DNA from: Sphyrna mokarran
Taxonomy: Eukaryota
Length of the DNA stretch: 64,000 nt
Assembly (NCBI GenBank): GCA_024679065.1
Contig: JAGIQG010000009.1
Span: 102,238,001-102,302,000 of the forward strand
Direction: 5' to 3'
The notes under the pieces are model-generated. The model was not told the origin of the DNA, ran no database searches, and saw nothing but the letters and a program-made list of their open reading frames with translations. Positions 63,696-64,000 of this stretch are shown here, in pieces (position 1 is the stretch's first letter; every line of letters begins with the position of its first letter). Both the position numbers and the translations under genes were made by a program.

Positions 63696-64000
63696 TCTTT
63701 CTTTCTGCCCACAGCCTTAAACTCACCTTTCCCCTGCCTCCTGTCCCTCTTCCTTAAGGATCCCAATATTCCCCTGCCAAATACCTTGCACTTATCTGTT
63801 TCCAGCATCTATAGCCCTTCTTCCTCCCTCTCTTGTAATTGTGGCAGTGTCCATTAACATGCCTGTTACAAGAATGGCTTACCCCTTATTCTGAAATTAT
63901 CTGCTTTTGTTCCAGATCCCCAGTGTAATGGGAATGTTGAAACAAGTGTTGTGCAGTATGAAAAAGGAGTTATGCATTCTAACCAGCTCAGTCCTGTTTA

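Overview
Eukaryotic, repeat-dense vertebrate DNA. The repeat repertoire (HE1/V-SINEs, DeuSINE-like elements, several CR1 subfamilies, Penelope-like hairpins, the 33/37-bp 'cagcactccctcagtactgaccct' minisatellite) points to an elasmobranch (shark) genome. Two host genes can be reconstructed from splice signals. (1) A minus-strand type-I Ig receptor of the CD2/SLAM-CEACAM-HEPACAM type: leader exon 24751-24829, disulfide-less IgV exon 6999-7295, IgC2 exon 2348-2617 and TM exon 143-223, all phase 1; the cytoplasmic exons lie off the left edge. (2) A plus-strand two-exon gene (58959-59418 + 59823-60043, 226 aa) for an uncharacterised alpha/beta protein with TIR-like topology and a Cys/Trp-rich insertion; a pseudogenised fragment of a paralogue lies about 2 kb downstream, inside a LINE tail. 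Most of the rest is nested mobile DNA: a near-full-length CR1 with a zinc-finger/esterase ORF1, a CR1 subfamily ending in a captured V-SINE, a young RTE, Tx1 and Rex1/Babar fragments, Penelope-like fold-back elements with minimal hammerhead ribozyme motifs, an internally inverted ERV with a tRNA-Phe PBS, Gypsy and Harbinger relics, and a complex inverted duplication. Family names come from recognised motifs, not database searches. Boundaries of old repeats are approximate.
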